NCBI RefSeq assembly: GCF_002105155.1
Contig: NW_019029005.1
Location: forward strand, 248,001 to 312,000
Length of the DNA: 64,000 nucleotides
Reading direction: 5' to 3'
DNA from: Lobosporangium transversale
Taxonomy: Eukaryota
Part shown: positions 1-14,620 of the stretch, in pieces
Layout of the letters: each line of letters begins with the position of its first letter
Numbering within the stretch: the stretch's first letter is position 1
Program-made: the position numbers and the translations under genes
Notes under the pieces: generated by a model
Told to the model about the DNA's origin: nothing
The model's database searches: none
Seen by the model: only the letters and a program-made list of their open reading frames with translations

Positions 1-2841
1 CGCATCCGTCACTTGTCTCCTCCATTTCCACTATCATCTCCTCCTCCTACATCTCTTTCATCCTCCTATCCTTTGCGCCATTCATCCTCCTACATGTATA
101 CACCATCTAGTTATGATGCAAGTGTGGAGCGTGGTAGAGATAAAGAAAGATATAAGGGGAGAGAGAAGGAAAAAGAGATGGAGTTCGAGCATACAAGTTC
201 AGAAGTTGAGAATCATCATCCTGAGGCCACAGTAGGCTCGCTTCCTTTGGGTTTTCGGCAACACCACCATTCACAGCATCAGCATCACTCTCCTCGGGAA
301 AATGGCAGATCATCTTCTCCATCATTTAATGGCTCGATCGGAGTACAGAGCAATCAAAGCGACAGCGACCTTTATCAGCCCTCCTATCCGCAGCTGCAGG
401 TGCAATCTCACCCTGCTGCAGGAAAAGATCATGGACTGCAGCGGGAAATCAAAGATTCTGCCATCGCCGATCGGCTATCGTCTCTTACGAAATCTATGTT
501 TGTGCACCCTCCATGGCACGATGACAGAGAGTTTGGTCACAAAAACAATACAAACACACAACATACTACATCTTATTCGGCCCAATATCCATATAGACCT
601 GAATTAGGTCAAAACCGTAGCAATAAGGGTGCATTCTACTATGACTTACCTAGCAGAAGCGTAGAAGATGTTCTAGATCATACCCAGGATCCATCTTCTC
701 GCAACCATGCACACTCTTATCAGTCAGGACTTCGAGGTTTCTTACCTTCTCATAATCAAGATCCTTTGAGACATCATCACCCTTTAGACCAATACGAGCG
801 CAATCGATATGAGTTTAATGAGAATACCCATACATCTCGCACATCTGCAAACATTGAAAGCAGCCAGTACTACTCATCCCCTTACTCTCAGGGTAAATAT
901 CCACAAGTGAACCACCCCATTTCATTTCACGCTTCACATCGACCTTGTAGTCCTGCACAACTATCTCAGCATCAAGCTCAGCAGCAATATTCTCAGCAAC
1001 AGCACAATACAGGCCGTGAACAGCCAGAGCCTTCGATAAGCCAGTCTTTAGGAGCAAGATCAGACGTTACACCTAACTTACTTCCTCCTCCCACGAACAT
1101 TGACAGGTCGTGGAAAGGATACAATGGATGCACAGTTGACCGTAGCAGTGCACTTCATGATTCTAGCTATGATAGCAATGCAGAAGAAGAGGAAGCGTTG
1201 AGAGAGGAGGAGAATATGCAGCAACAGCGCCATCGATTCAAGTTTGGAACAGAAATGCCGAGTACAGTTGATTTAAAATCAGCGATTGAAAGTTGTGACG
1301 CACTTTGCAGGTTTGCTCTCCATTACGCAGAGCAAGCAAATGCAGTTCATAGCGGTGGTTATGACTATGGCCAAATGGATCCTGATATGCGAGCGAACTT
1401 ACAAAAAATCCGCAGTATGAATACCACTATGCTTATTGGCCTTCAGCATATCGGAGGTGGGTCCAATGAAAAGTCTGGTGCAGAAGCATCAGGCAATGCT
1501 AACAATCAACAATACGAACGAATAGAGCGAGAAATGAGTCCTCTACGATTCGGACCCGGTAGACCACCACATGAGATGGTTCATGAGCTTGCGAAGGCAG
1601 CCACATCCATATTCCAGCTAGCTATCCGTATCAGGTCTTGGATGGGGATGACTCCAGAAGAGCGGGAACTAGATGAAGAAATCAATACAATCCGCGGTAA
1701 GCGCTGTCTACTTATGGATAGTGCATTGGCATCCGCCACAATGGACCAGCATGGCAATATCCAAAAAGATTGGACCGTTGTCCCTGCTGCTGCATCAAAC
1801 TCCAAGTCTTTTATGAACGACAGCGGATCTGGAGCAGCACCGACACACATCTTATAGTCAAGGTCAGAAGCATCACAACACTATGCGAAGAATAGTCGAT
1901 TACCTGGCCGTACTTCAGATTATCGTGGTCGGCGCGGTGGCATGGATACGGACGTTGATGGCTTTGGAAATAATAGCGACACAATGATATCTGTCTCGAT
2001 GTCGCATCATCAGTCTCCTCACAGACCCTCATCGGCTCCCTATCTGTCTGACCCGAGCGTGGCTAGATCTCATCAAGAAGGGCTCGGAGTAGGAAGAGAA
2101 AGTAGTCGAGCGAGTAGTGTGAATAGTCAAAATGGGCGTGGTGGTAGCAACGCTTCCAATAGTCGCAACTCTAAAAACAGCGATGTCCCATATCAAAAGT
2201 ATCGCAAGCGAGCCAAGCGGACACAGCCACCTGGCCGATGCTTGTCATGTGATTCATCAGATACACCCGAATGGCGCCGTGGGCCTGACGGTGCCCGCAC
2301 ATTGTGCAATGCGTGTGGGCTTCGTAAGTGCAAACACTTTTTGTTGCTCTATGTCTTATCACCGATAGTGTTATTATTGTTATTATTATTTTGCTTCTTT
2401 GATTGACGCAATATATCATCAATCATGCTAGATTATGCTAAGTTGGTGAAGCGTCAGAATGAGCAAGCGCAGCAGCAAAAACAGATAGGTTCAGGACTTT
2501 CGCCGATGAAGAAGGGCCTATTGCCCAATAACGCACGGATGGCACAACTGCAAGCATTAGCATTTCCCCTCCGAAAGCGCAATGGCAATCAGTCGGTCGA
2601 TTCATCAAGGCAGCAGAAACTGGAAGTCGGAGTGAATTCATTCTCTGATAAAAATTATCCTCCATCTTCGCCTGCTCCTGCAACTATTACTCCACCAAGT
2701 TCTGAGCACATGGGTTCGAACGCTTCGTCGCTGCCTCCACCGGATCGCGATGCTGATAGTGATACTAATGACAATGGCACGGGAAGTGCTTCTGCAGAAC
2801 GGGGCGAGGCAGACGACTCGATGAAGCAAGGTCATACATAG
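1..2841 (+). CDS. GATA zinc-finger transcription factor (5'-partial, frameshifted, one intron 2324-2431)
   Basis: [33 protein letters not shown] motif, joined across a GTAAGT...TAG intron. The frame is open from base 1. Apparent frameshift near 1810-1940. Confidence 0.9.
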
Positions 2842-2969
2842 GCCGCTTTTTAATCTGAATATTTTCACTTTGTCTTTTTTTTTTGTACATGGATTCTTTT
2901 TATTTTTATTTTTTGTTTTTTTGCCAGAGTTTTTGTTGTCAATGCTCTTCTTAGTATAATTTCATTTTG

Positions 2970-3002
<33 letters not shown>

Positions 3003-3365
3003 CAACATTCGTATTTATCTTTCATATTCAACCTGTACTATATCTTTGTTTTTGTTTTAGTTTTGCTATTGCTTTTGCTTTTGCTTTTCCCTTTGACTTT
3101 TATTTTATTTTTTGAGAAGCCAGCTCCAGAAATATATTTACATTTTTGTAAAGAATGTTTATGAAATACGTCAATGAAGTAAAATAAGAAAAAAAAAAAA
3201 AAAAAAAAAGCTGTAATTATTGGTTATCTTATTTGAAGGGTGTATCTACATTTTCAAAGATTTTTTTTTGAGAGAGAGAGAACGATGATAAATGCTCCTC
3301 TGAACGCACTCAACGACAATGATAGCCTAAGGCGGCAACGGCTGGTTTTGTTCTTCTGATATAGT

Positions 3366-4589
3366 TTAATATCGTTGATGTCTTGATCTTAGCCGCTCAT
3401 GTTCAGTCATTCCTTGCTCTTGTTGCTGTCTCTCCATCTCTACCTCTCTTTCAAACGCTAATAGAGCTGAGTAATCTTTGCAAGAGGCTCTGCAGTCCAG
3501 TGCATTAACGAGTTCGTCGATCATCCTCTCATCCTCGGCCTTTTTTTTATTATTAATTCTATCATTACTGTTACTTGAAGGTTGCTGATATTCAGAATTG
3601 CTGTGCTTGTCACCGTCATCCATCTCCATGTCCGTACCATAATCTTGATTTGCTCGTTCAAGCCATTGTGCTTTTTCTTCTGGACCTAGGCTCTCCCAAA
3701 CAATCATTTTTGCGATAAACAACTCGTCATATCGCTGAGTCTGCGACGCCAGTTCCTGAAATGCTTCATGTTTCAACATGACAAGTGCTTGATGCTTTGG
3801 ATCGATTGATTCTGAAGCTGGGTCACTTGGCAAGGAAAATAAAGAAGGTGTAGAGGGTGATGTGAGAGGAGAGGTCGGAGTCAGCATAGGAGACGAAAAA
3901 GACGTGCTTGGATAAGAAGAAGAGGATGGTGTCCATGGATGAGTACTATTGGAGCAATTGGAGTCTATGGAGACTGCTGTTATTGTGTCTGAGGAAGGAG
4001 AGAGTGTAGAACTTGACTTTATCGTAGGAACATCCGTAGCTGCGCCTGCGGCGTCAATAACAGTTCTTGGTTTTGGACCACCAATTTTTGAACTAAGCTT
4101 TTGAGAATGCCTCTTCAGTTGGCTGTCATGGAGGTAATGATGAATCCGGTAAGCTTGGAAAGCTGAGTAGAAGTGGTAGTTAAGGAAGGTGGTGATGAAT
4201 AGGTTGATGATGTGGAAAGCTGATATTACATATTGAAACGAAAAAAAAAAAAAAAAAAAAAAGCACCATTAGTGACGGATCCCCATATTTCTTAACAGTC
4301 AAGGAAGATCAAGCCAAACTTTTCAAGTACACACCCTGTGTGTTATGTGGTTGTGGTCAGCAATACAAAAAGTGGCAACAGTAGCATTAGCATTTGTATT
4401 GGCATGAAGACCATGAAAGCGAGCGATGCGTTCCTTGAGACGCGTGTGATGAGTACGTAGCAAGGATCGTTTGAAAGTAGGACGAGCATGATGTAGATGA
4501 TGAGAATATGAATGAGATCGTTTTTGTTTCTGTTGCTGATGGCGTTGTCTATCACCCCGCACGGTCCCACCAGGCCTGTGGATACGCAT
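3366..4589 (-). CDS. Hypothetical low-complexity protein (Ser/Pro-rich middle, helical C-terminus)
   Basis: ORFs 4323-4589 and 3366-3887 are linked by coding-like Ser-rich sequence, with a probable poly(T)-containing intron at ~4225-4330. No recognisable domain. Confidence 0.55.
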
Positions 4590-5102
4590 TGTTCAAAGAA
4601 ATGTTGAGAGAGGAAGAGTGAAAGAGTATGAGAGTGTGAGAGAGTGAGAGAGAGAAGGAGAAAATGTGGATGGGTTTGTACGCGTGGGAAGAGTATTAAT
4701 AGAAAAGTAAAAGAAAGAGAAGAGGAACGAAAAAGAATTGTCACAGGAAAGAAATAAAGATGGCCCAAATGTTTCACAAATCATTGTGAAGAGTGTTTTG
4801 GCTTTGCCCAACAAACAGAAATGCACTACTAAAAGCGCGTTGTTTGAATTATGACTCTCTGGCGGTTGGGCGTCTATCTGTTTCTGTTGATGTTTCTGCA
4901 TGCAGGATGCATCAGATCTGGAGGACGCAAATCTTCTTCACGATTGATTATTATTATGCCGACTTGTATATTAGCTTTATTATTTTTGCTCAACCTACTC
5001 CTTCTGGCAACACATTGGAACTTTGCTGTTATATTTACAGCTCATCACTGCTCTGAATGATGCAACCAGCCTACAGGCTTTTTTTTTATTTTATTTTATT
5101 TT

Positions 5103-5884
5103 TTACTTGCCAGCTTCTTGCGCAAAGCTCTGGTCCTCTTACGAAGCTTCTTATATTTGTGCTTCCTCATCTTGATCCTCCTCTTGCGTAGCACACTTGT
5201 CATATGCATCACATTCGTATCATCCATTTCATCCATGATGGTACCGATAGTAGGTGGAGTCTGAAACCCGAGTCATTTGGCCATCCACAATGGACACGAC
5301 ATTCAATAAACGACTCTGTTGCTGACGCTCGATGAGATGGAAGAACTCCTGCACAGTTTGCTTTGAATCAGTGGATCTGAGATTGCTGCTACTGTTGGGC
5401 GGTGAGTATGGGCGAAGTGAAGAGAAGTAATTGTTCAAATCCTCGACAGATTCTATTAGCAGTTTTTTTTTGTGTTAATATGTACGTTAGATTGATGCGG
5501 TCCATAAAAACGCCCGAAATATATAAGTATATCAGCTTTAAATTAACCAGGCAGCTAACCTTCAAAATCACTAAAAGAGTTGATCCTAGTATCAACAGGG
5601 ACATGGGTAAGACCAAGCAGGGGACGATGAAGCGCAAAGAAGGATCCATGTGCTAGATCAACTCTATCCATTGACGCCGCGTTCACTTGACGCTCGGGCT
5701 TAACAATACTCAAAAAATCAAGCTTAGAAAGATCACTCGAGGAAGGGGACGAGGAAGACGAAGACTGGTAGCGGCGTGCAGTGGTGTAGATAGAGGAGCG
5801 AACCGTGGTAGCGGCATTAGCTTTGATAAGCGTCATGACACCTGAGATGGCAGATCTCTTCAATGTTGAGGTACTTGAAATCAT
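5103..5884 (-). CDS. Mitochondrial ribosomal protein mS38 / COX24-like (DUF1713)
   Basis: C-terminal MTSVLRKRRIKMRKHKYKKLRKRTRALRKKL at ~5105-5205; N-terminus resembles a mitochondrial presequence; FFALHRPLL motif; intron ~5453-5559. Confidence 0.8.
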
Positions 5885-7124
5885 TCTTTTTTATCTTTTT
5901 TTTTTTTTTTCTTCTCGGCGTGATATAAATGTCTGTTCCTTCGGAGGAAACAGAAAAAAAAAAGAAAAGAAAAAAAAAAAAAGATTGAATGGGATCCTGT
6001 AACTGAAATCTCGATGGATAGTAAGTTCCTCAAGAGACGGAAAATCGGGTTGTTTACGATAAACGAAGAAGCAGTCGTGAAAGTGATCACTATTGTATAA
6101 AGGGGAAGCCTGTATGAAACAAGGTTGGCTTTGCATTTGTATAAGTGTAGCCATCCCACTATTGCACAATTGCAAGGCATCATGCATAAATAGAATTATC
6201 TTTGTACTTGGCTTGAGACATGAAAAAATCCAAGAAGGCTGCCCACGACTTTGTCCAAGGTTGAAATGATAGTGTGCAAAGCAGGAAAGAGCAGGAAAAA
6301 AGTCGTAGGACCCACATGCTTCAATTACTCAATTTTTCACCTTTCCTCTCTATTTCTTCTATCCCTATCCTTTATCCTTGACTTTACATATTCTTCGTTG
6401 TTCATTTACCCAGAAAGTGTTCATCCATCTGGGACCCATTAGGCTTTTTTTAAATTGATTCTGACCTGAACAAGGTATGTTTTATACAAGGTGTGTATCC
6501 ACCACTTTGAATGGCATCAGATTATCCAACAGCATCATCCAGACTCAAGCTCATTTATACTTTAGATGAGGATGGATGCATGGCTTCATAATTGAACAAA
6601 TGGATGGATGAATCTTTTAGACATTGTCGTATCTAGCTGTTTTCCATAGCCTAAATTTTTTTTTTTTTTCTTGCATTGTAAGATAGTGATCATACTAAAG
6701 CTGTGTAGACCAGTTCAAGCGCTGAAAATCTGAGAATAGCACTGACACACAAAAGCAAAGAGAAATAAGTGTGCTGCCAACCAACACTTCCCGTCGCCGC
6801 ACGCTCCGCTGACCAAACCATACCCCTACCCTCTTCCTAACCTTCTTGGTCATTTCAGCTCCATCTCTTTCTTTCGCATCGCGACAAGAAGCAAAGAGGA
6901 GATTTTGACTGATACCCCTGAAAAGAATGCTTTCACTTCTCTTAACAGCGGCAATACTATAACCATATATCCAATTCTCAAGCCTCCAGCAGTTTGCATA
7001 GAGACTCTATTTTTTTTACCTCTTCCTTGTTTTATTTTCATCTTTTCTTTTCTATCTTGCTACCAAACCTGCGCAAATCCTCTCCTCCATCGAAATCAAG
7101 TCATTTGAACCAGATTCGATACCT

Positions 7125-9833
7125 ATGACCAACTCAAGTACAGTGGTAGCAAGAAGGACAGCTGACTGGGCAGAGTTCTACAAGAACGGGCAGCCCAAGG
7201 AGGTGATCGTGATCGATGACGATACGCCACCACCCTCACTCTCATCCTCGTCTACTTCCTCAACTTCCTCTGTTCAACATGTTTCTACTGGCAATCTTGG
7301 AACCTCACCACGGTATCGTGTCGTGCAGACACTGCCATCACACTCTGGAGCCCATTCGTATCTCAATGCATCCTCAATACCAATGGTAGGAACAGGAGGG
7401 CAAATCACAAGGAGAACAAACAAACGACTGCCTTCGACAGATTTGGCATCAGGATCAAGCGGCGGTTTTTCTCATAACACAAACCAACATTACACCTATC
7501 CTCAGCAATCATATGTATCCAATCATCATGAACATCAGCCATCTTACATATAATAACCCCATCGTGGTCGATGCTCCCACCAAGAAGCGGAGGCGTCCGG
7601 ATATCAAATACGTGCAATCGCGTGCACCACAGGAGAACCAGGCGCCATACTACCCACCAGCACCTTCGAGCCATGCGAATACCTCCGTAGCCAATCGAGA
7701 TGTAATTGACAACACCCTACATTAAATGCTTGCCTCAAGACGATGGTGGAAGTACGACCTTATAACTATACGGTGTTATTTATCTAACTTACGTTTTGCT
7801 ATACTTTGCTTTGACATCATATCCTAGACCCTAACCAATGTGCCTCCATGGGATGACAAGGAGGGCCACTATATTGTTGTTGTGAACGACGACTTTACAC
7901 CACGCTGTAAGTGCATTGATAGAAGCTACAATAGAGTTTTCCTCGAATAACGCATATTTTATGTACAGCAAATATGAGATCTCATCCTTGCAATTTCATC
8001 CGCATAGATCGAATTGTTAGATTACTAGGGCAAGGCACATTTGGTAAAGTAGTCGAATGTTTCGATAGGGAAACAGGAAGACACTGCGCCATCAAGATTA
8101 TTAGAGCAGTACAAAAGTATCGGGATGCCAGCAAAATCGAGACACGCGTTTTAAACACGCTCAAAAAAAATGATCCTCCCAACGCATAGTAAGTTATCCG
8201 AACAGTAAGAAGATGAAAAAAGAAGAGTGATGTATCGCTCAGAAACCCTTTGAATATACTATACTAACTACATCTACCTATTTCACTTCTATCCATTTGT
8301 TTTTCATTTCTTTTATTCAGTAAATGCCTTCATTTGAATGACTGTTTTGTACATAGGAATCATGTGTGCATGGTTTTTGATCTTTTGGGTCAATCGATTT
8401 ATGACTGGTTGAAGGATAACTCGTTTTGCCCATTCCCGCCCAACCAAATACAATACTTTGCTTATCAGCTCTTGAAGAGCGTTGAATGTAAGCCTTTATA
8501 CTTTTATTTTTGATGTCGGTATCAACCTAGAGTTCTAGCACAGTCAACGAGCTAGAAATTTAATGATTTTTAATCCATTTTCTCGCTAGTCTTGCATCGG
8601 TTACGGTTGATTCACACAGATTTGAAGCCAGAAAATATTCTCCTGGCTAATGGGGCGTACCGACAGGTCCCATATAAAGTAAGTGAAAGGACCGTGGCAT
8701 TATATGATATCAAATAGTGACATAGAAGGACCTTTGGAATACTAAATAGAAGCTTTTCTTGCTCAATGCCCTATTCTTAATTCATTCTGTATTAGAAATC
8801 GCCTTCAAAAATGCGGAGGATTCTATTAGATCCAGAGATTCGTCTTATAGACTTTGGAAGTGCAACGTTTCAGGATGAGCATCATTCGAATGTTGTCAGC
8901 ACGCGACATTACCGGGCACCTGAGATTATTCTTGGTGAGATTACATATAGACTAAGCTTTAAAAGCTTGAATGAAGTTGCGGCTCGATTTTTTTTTTTTT
9001 TCCTTTTCAAACATTAAGTTCAAATTATATGCTTCCTTTTTGGATCTTGATATCGTTATAGGTCTTGGGTGGTCATTTCCATGTGATATATGGTCTATAG
9101 GATGTATTTTGGTCGAGTTTTTGACTGGAGAGGCCCTCTTCCAAACGCACGATAATTTAGAACATCTTGCCATGATGGAAGCGGTGCTAGGACCTATCCC
9201 CGATAAGCTTGTCCGGTCATGCAAGTAGGTCAATCATTTCCTCGAATATCCATGCTTTTCTACTACCTTATTTACTTTTCACATTTGAACGGAAGTGACT
9301 GCATAACATGCAGAGCTGGTTATATTAAACATCTTTGATTACCTCTGTCCTTTTCAGCAAATCTGCGACCAAATACTTTGTGCATGGGCGTCTGGATTAC
9401 CCTAATGATGAAACGAAGCGGACTAGTCGAAAATATGTTAAGGCTTTGAAGCCTCTCAAGGTAAAAGAGTTAATTTTTTAACTTCAATAGAGCTCATTCT
9501 GTCTTTGATTGAGAGTGTGTGTGGAGGTGAGAATGAGAAAGACGGAGAAAAAGAGAAATGGAGGAAGCAAAATTTTCTAACCTGAAATATTTTGTTGCTT
9601 TTCGTTTATTATACATCGCGTAGGATTATGTTGTGCCGGTCACCAACCGTGTAGAAAACTTGTCGTTTGCAGGAGATCTCCGCGATCTCTTGAGTAAACT
9701 GTTGACATATGACCCTGAGAAGCGAATCACAGCAGCGCAAGCATTGAGGCACCCATACTTTGGATACATTGTGGATGAATCTGGACAGATATCAGGCAGA
9801 AGGATGTCTGATTCGTACCATCCGTCTAGATGA
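7125..9833 (+). CDS. LAMMER (CLK/Lkh1/Kns1-family) dual-specificity protein kinase, multi-exon
   Basis: [54 protein letters not shown] and [11 protein letters not shown] motifs, spread over GT-AG-delimited exons. Confidence 0.95.
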
Positions 9834-10489
9834 AATACCCACAGCATCTACTTTTCTTTATTGTCATCCATTTTTTAATGTCATAATTATTTTCTTTTAT
9901 TTCAAATTGTATCCTTCTTTTTTCTTTTCTGAGTAACGGAGAAATTTTTTTTCGCTTCCTCTTCCTTCCTATTCATGTAGAAGCAAAATGCTTTATGAAG
10001 CATGCCGCTACCCAGTTACTGTGTTGTTATTTTACTGCTACTGTTTTTTTTTTTTTTTTTTTTTTTTTGGTCCTTATTTGATTTTTCATTATTCATTTAT
10101 TTATTTTTTTAAACAAACCGCACTATTGTACTTTTAACGCTTGCGAAAACGAAGTTTATGAATAATACAAAATGTTTATTTTGTTTTTGTAAAATCAATT
10201 GCTACAAATGAAAGAGTAGTAGGAGTGAAAAGAGAGAAGGGAGTACGTTACTACTATTCTTATTCTTATCTCTGTATTTTTGTATTTTCTCTCCTACTCC
10301 TCTCTATCTTCTGTTGGAAATGACACGTAAGTATAGCAATGAATGTTTCACTCTCCAGACATCCAATTGCCAAATTATTTATTTATATTATGGAAAGAAT
10401 ACGTTTTTGAAAAGTTAAAAACGTTTTCGTCTTTAGATTCTGATGCCTGTTTATGAATAAAAAAAAAAAAAAAAAAAACATCAATGTGT

Positions 10490-13174
10490 CTATCTGGATG
10501 TTGGTGCGCTGGAATGTGTGTATGAATGGGATAATTTATGATGCTGAAAGTGTAAAATGTGAATGCATAAAAATAAGGATATGTGAAAGTAATCATGACA
10601 TGCATAAAGTAATAAAAGTAACAGATATGACAACAGCTTGGTAGAGGTAGCCGCCATAATAGCCTCTCTACTCATCGAAATTGAACTGTGATAGCCTCGT
10701 CCCAAATCTCCCAACTGAGGGTCTCCGGCTCGTTTCTTTCGACCGCCTGGACCTGCAGCGGGTGGATCCTGTAGCCATGCAGCTGTCAAGACAAGCTCTT
10801 TAGAGGATGGTTTGTGCTGTGACTGATATTGAAGTGGTGGTAATGGTGATGCCTCTGGTATCGAAGCTGACGGTGAGGAAGTCGTTTCTAGGGTTTTTGC
10901 AGAATAAGGTGTAGTGGGCGAGGTTACGCTCGTGGGAACTGGAGATACATGATCCATGACAGGCGATATCGCTCCAGCTTCAGCTTGTATGTCGGCGTCG
11001 TCCCTTAAGGAGACAAAGATGTATTAGCTGAGCTCGCATTGTTGGGAATGACTGACATACTAGAGTTTTGGTCTGAGCTTGTGGTCGTGATCGATGGGAC
11101 GGGCGAAATGTTTCGAGCTTGATCTTGATATCGCATATGCTGTTCTTGGCCTTGTTTATGATAATGTTCGGCTACTATCTCTTTGCCATTCGGTGAGGAT
11201 GGCCGACTAGAAGAGAGAACCGGGGGAAGGGGAAATGCGGCTATGGCAGAGGTCGTGAATTGAGCGGTAGGTGCGCTAGGCTGCTGCATGGCAGGTGTAG
11301 AGGTTGATTTGGACGTTAATGGAAAAGGTATCGGTGTAGCTGTTGGTATAGGCGTGGGCGTGAGTGTGGGCGATGGGGTTTTACAAGTTTCAGAAGATGG
11401 TAGTTCTGATGGTGAGAATAACTTGCGCTGTACATAATTTTGGTGACGGTGCTGTGGCTGTTGCTGCTGTTGCTGTTGTTGCTGTCGTTCTGATTGATGC
11501 GCTAAGAGGGATGGTTTGCGTCGAGGTGGTCTTATCGGAAGGGGCGAAAGGTCTGCAACTGTTGGCTCTGATCGAAGCAGGGGATCCAGAGTATGAACCG
11601 TTTTTTGGTACGGGCGAAGGCGCTCGAGCTATTGCGGTGGGTTCAGGCGAAGGAACTTGTTTGACAGGAGTATGAGCATTGTTGTTATTTACTTTCTTAT
11701 GAGCAGTAAAGTGGGGGGGAAGAGGAAGGGGAAGAGGAAGATGAAGCAGCATGCATAAGTGCCCGGGCAGGTGGATGAACAACGCCAGCGTTGCCATTGG
11801 GGTCAGAGTCCGATGAGGGTATGTTACTGGAAAAATCTGGGGTTGGCGGTAAATATGGCCCCAGAACGAGATGCGCCGTATTTGGTCCACTAGAGTCTGT
11901 GCTAGAGTCTACATTTACAAACAGTTGTCTCTGCTTTCACTGTTGCTGTGGTTGATGCAGCAGCTGGTTTCTTTAGACCTAGACTAGCACCATTAGGTCG
12001 GCGGTGGGGTTGGCCCCTAACAATGCATACTTCACAGTTTCTGTTAACACATCAGTAAAGACAGGCTGTTGATGGTCCTTAGGCAGGATTGCTTGGGGCG
12101 GATGTCTTGTAAGTTCCTCTTTGCCTTTATACAAATCAGAAGAGCTCGTCTTATCCTCGACTCGTTGTCGCACAGGCGTAGATGGTGCAGTTGCTCCTGA
12201 CTGTTGTTGTTGTTGTTGTTGGCGGCTTGTTGCTGCTGTTAATTGAGTTTGTGTTTGTTGTGTTGCTGCCTGAGTTGAATTAGTTGTCATATCTTGAAGT
12301 TGTGGCGTCAAATTCTTGTGAGCAATATGCGATGGTGATGCTGCTGATGACAATGGCCCCACTGTGATCATTGTTGGTTCAGATAAGGGCGTCTTTGTCT
12401 TCAATGTGTCAGACAAGTCCAACTTCCGAACTGCCGCTCTTGTAATAGATACGGTAGCCTTGGCGGAAGGCATTAACGGCTTTTTATCTGTAATGACAGG
12501 GCGTGCGTGATTCAAAGGTCGCGGAAAGGTGAAGGGAGGTAGCCTTCGAGCCTACTTGGGGCTCTTTCACTTTCTCTGTCTTCCGATGGCTGGGCTGAGA
12601 TTCCACGCGGCACCATGACTGCCGGTGCCGACATGAGGTCCATCGCTTGATTTCTTTGAAGAACAGTAGCATTTTTGTTGTTGCTGCTGTGACAAGTGCC
12701 GCTTTTGCCGCTCGAGGCGTGAATAAATGCTAATTGTGTGGTGGCGTCAACCCAGGATGTAAGGCAGGAGTAGGCTGAATTGGACTCGGAGAACGGCATC
12801 GATCGAGGGGTAAGGCAGCACGGAATTGAAGAAGACTGACGTTTTTCTGAACGTCATGATCATCATCGTCATCATCACTAATGTCGCTGCTTATCCGCAA
12901 TAAAGCTTGGTGTGCTTGGCGATCTTTTGAGCTCCTGTTGCTGATGTGAGCGACTGGGCGTAAAAAGGGACGGAGGCCGAGGAGTAGTAACAGTATTAGA
13001 ATTAGTTGTAGTGATAGTAATGACGGTGGAAGGGGTGGAGGCAGCAGTGGTATTTTTGATTCGTGAACGTGTCTGCTTGTGCTTAATAGCTCGTTTTTTG
13101 TAACAAAAAAGAAATATCCCTCCAACGATGACTACGGAGGAGATGGCGATGACGAAAAATGGGGTGAAGTCCAT
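10490..13174 (-). CDS. Hypothetical single-pass membrane protein with long Ser/Thr/Pro-rich disordered tail (frameshifted)
   Basis: N-terminal hydrophobic helix MDFTPFFVIAISSVVIVGGIFLFCYKKR, followed by a chain of overlapping same-strand low-complexity ORFs. The 3' end is uncertain. Confidence 0.6.
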
Positions 13175-14620
13175 ATTAGCGGGCTAAGAAGACATTTCCA
13201 AGTGGGAAGACAGAGAAGAGAACAAAATGAATATATTACGAGAAAGGTGTAAAGATAAAACAGAGCAGGCCGCGTAAAAAAGGCCGTGTAAAAAAAATAT
13301 ATATCTATATGAAAAAGTGAAAGGAAGGGAGTCCAGTCATTTTTATAACTGAATAGACTTCTTCTTTTATGGGGTCATCGAGAAAGAGAACAAACAAGAA
13401 TAAAAGTGAGATCAGAGCTTTCTACATTTTCTACATGAACTAAGAACTGTATTTTACTCTTCGCCCTCGTTTTTGTTTTGTTTTGTTTTTTTGCTGTAAA
13501 CATAAAGCTATCGCGATATCATATTTTATTTATTAACCTTTGCCCATATTAATTCCTAAGCTTTGCTTCCTCTTTCTTCTCGCCCTGTATGCTCACTGCT
13601 TTTTTTTTTTTTTTTTGTTTTGCTTCATCGGAATAAGAGCCGATCAACCCGCCACATTGCCCTTGGTCTTGCAAAAGCCTACGCTTTGATACACATGTCG
13701 AAAACAAACTCACTTTCTTCACACAAATGCATCAGGTGGCAAGTCCAATCTTAAAAAAAAAAGAATGTGTTCTTTTCTAAAAGGAACGGGTTACACATCA
13801 TGGATAGAGGAATGAGCCAAACTTGATCGTTTGTTTGTTTTTGCTCTCACTCAATCATCTTCTGTGCACAGCAGTAGGGATGGCCAATAGACCGCATTGG
13901 TTACAAAAATGTATTGAATGCATGCTCAGTACACACATAACCATGACAAGTGTCATTGTGTTTATGTTGTTCCCAACCTCGCTTTTTTTTTTTGTTTCAA
14001 GGTCCTTTTTCGGACAGTTATTCAACCGACCATATGAACGTAAACGGTCGAACGGCTTCCAGCTCTGTTCTGTCTTGTTGTTGTTGAATGTGAGTGTTTT
14101 TGACACGCTGTAACACGGAGAAGACTACAAACAAACCACAGAATGAAGAAGCAGAGAACATCTGTTTATATACATGTATTTGTATATAAATAAACCGTCG
14201 CCTAATTGCCCATCCACGTTGCAAATACAAACATGTAGTAGGAAACTCTTAATTATGGGACATCGATCCTATTTCTCCGCTTGTTTTCTTTTGTTTATGA
14301 TCTAACGTAGTATATTTAAACTTCCTTTTCATTTCGAAAGGCCCTTTCGCCTTTTTAATACAACCTTGCGGGGCCTTGAATGTCCTTTGGAGAGCACAGT
14401 TCCCAAGTTATCCTCCGGTGCCTCAATAGACTATTGGCTCGGCTTTCTTAACCCTTGCATGCTTTTCTTCATTGGACACATTCATCTCCAATAATTTTTA
14501 ATTTTTTATTTGGACTAAAAATATCAAAATCGACAAGATCGTATAATATAAGCCAATATTTGTGGGGTGCTGCTCTCATGCCAAAGATGAAACCTAATTG
14601 CTAAATGGTTAATACTTTGT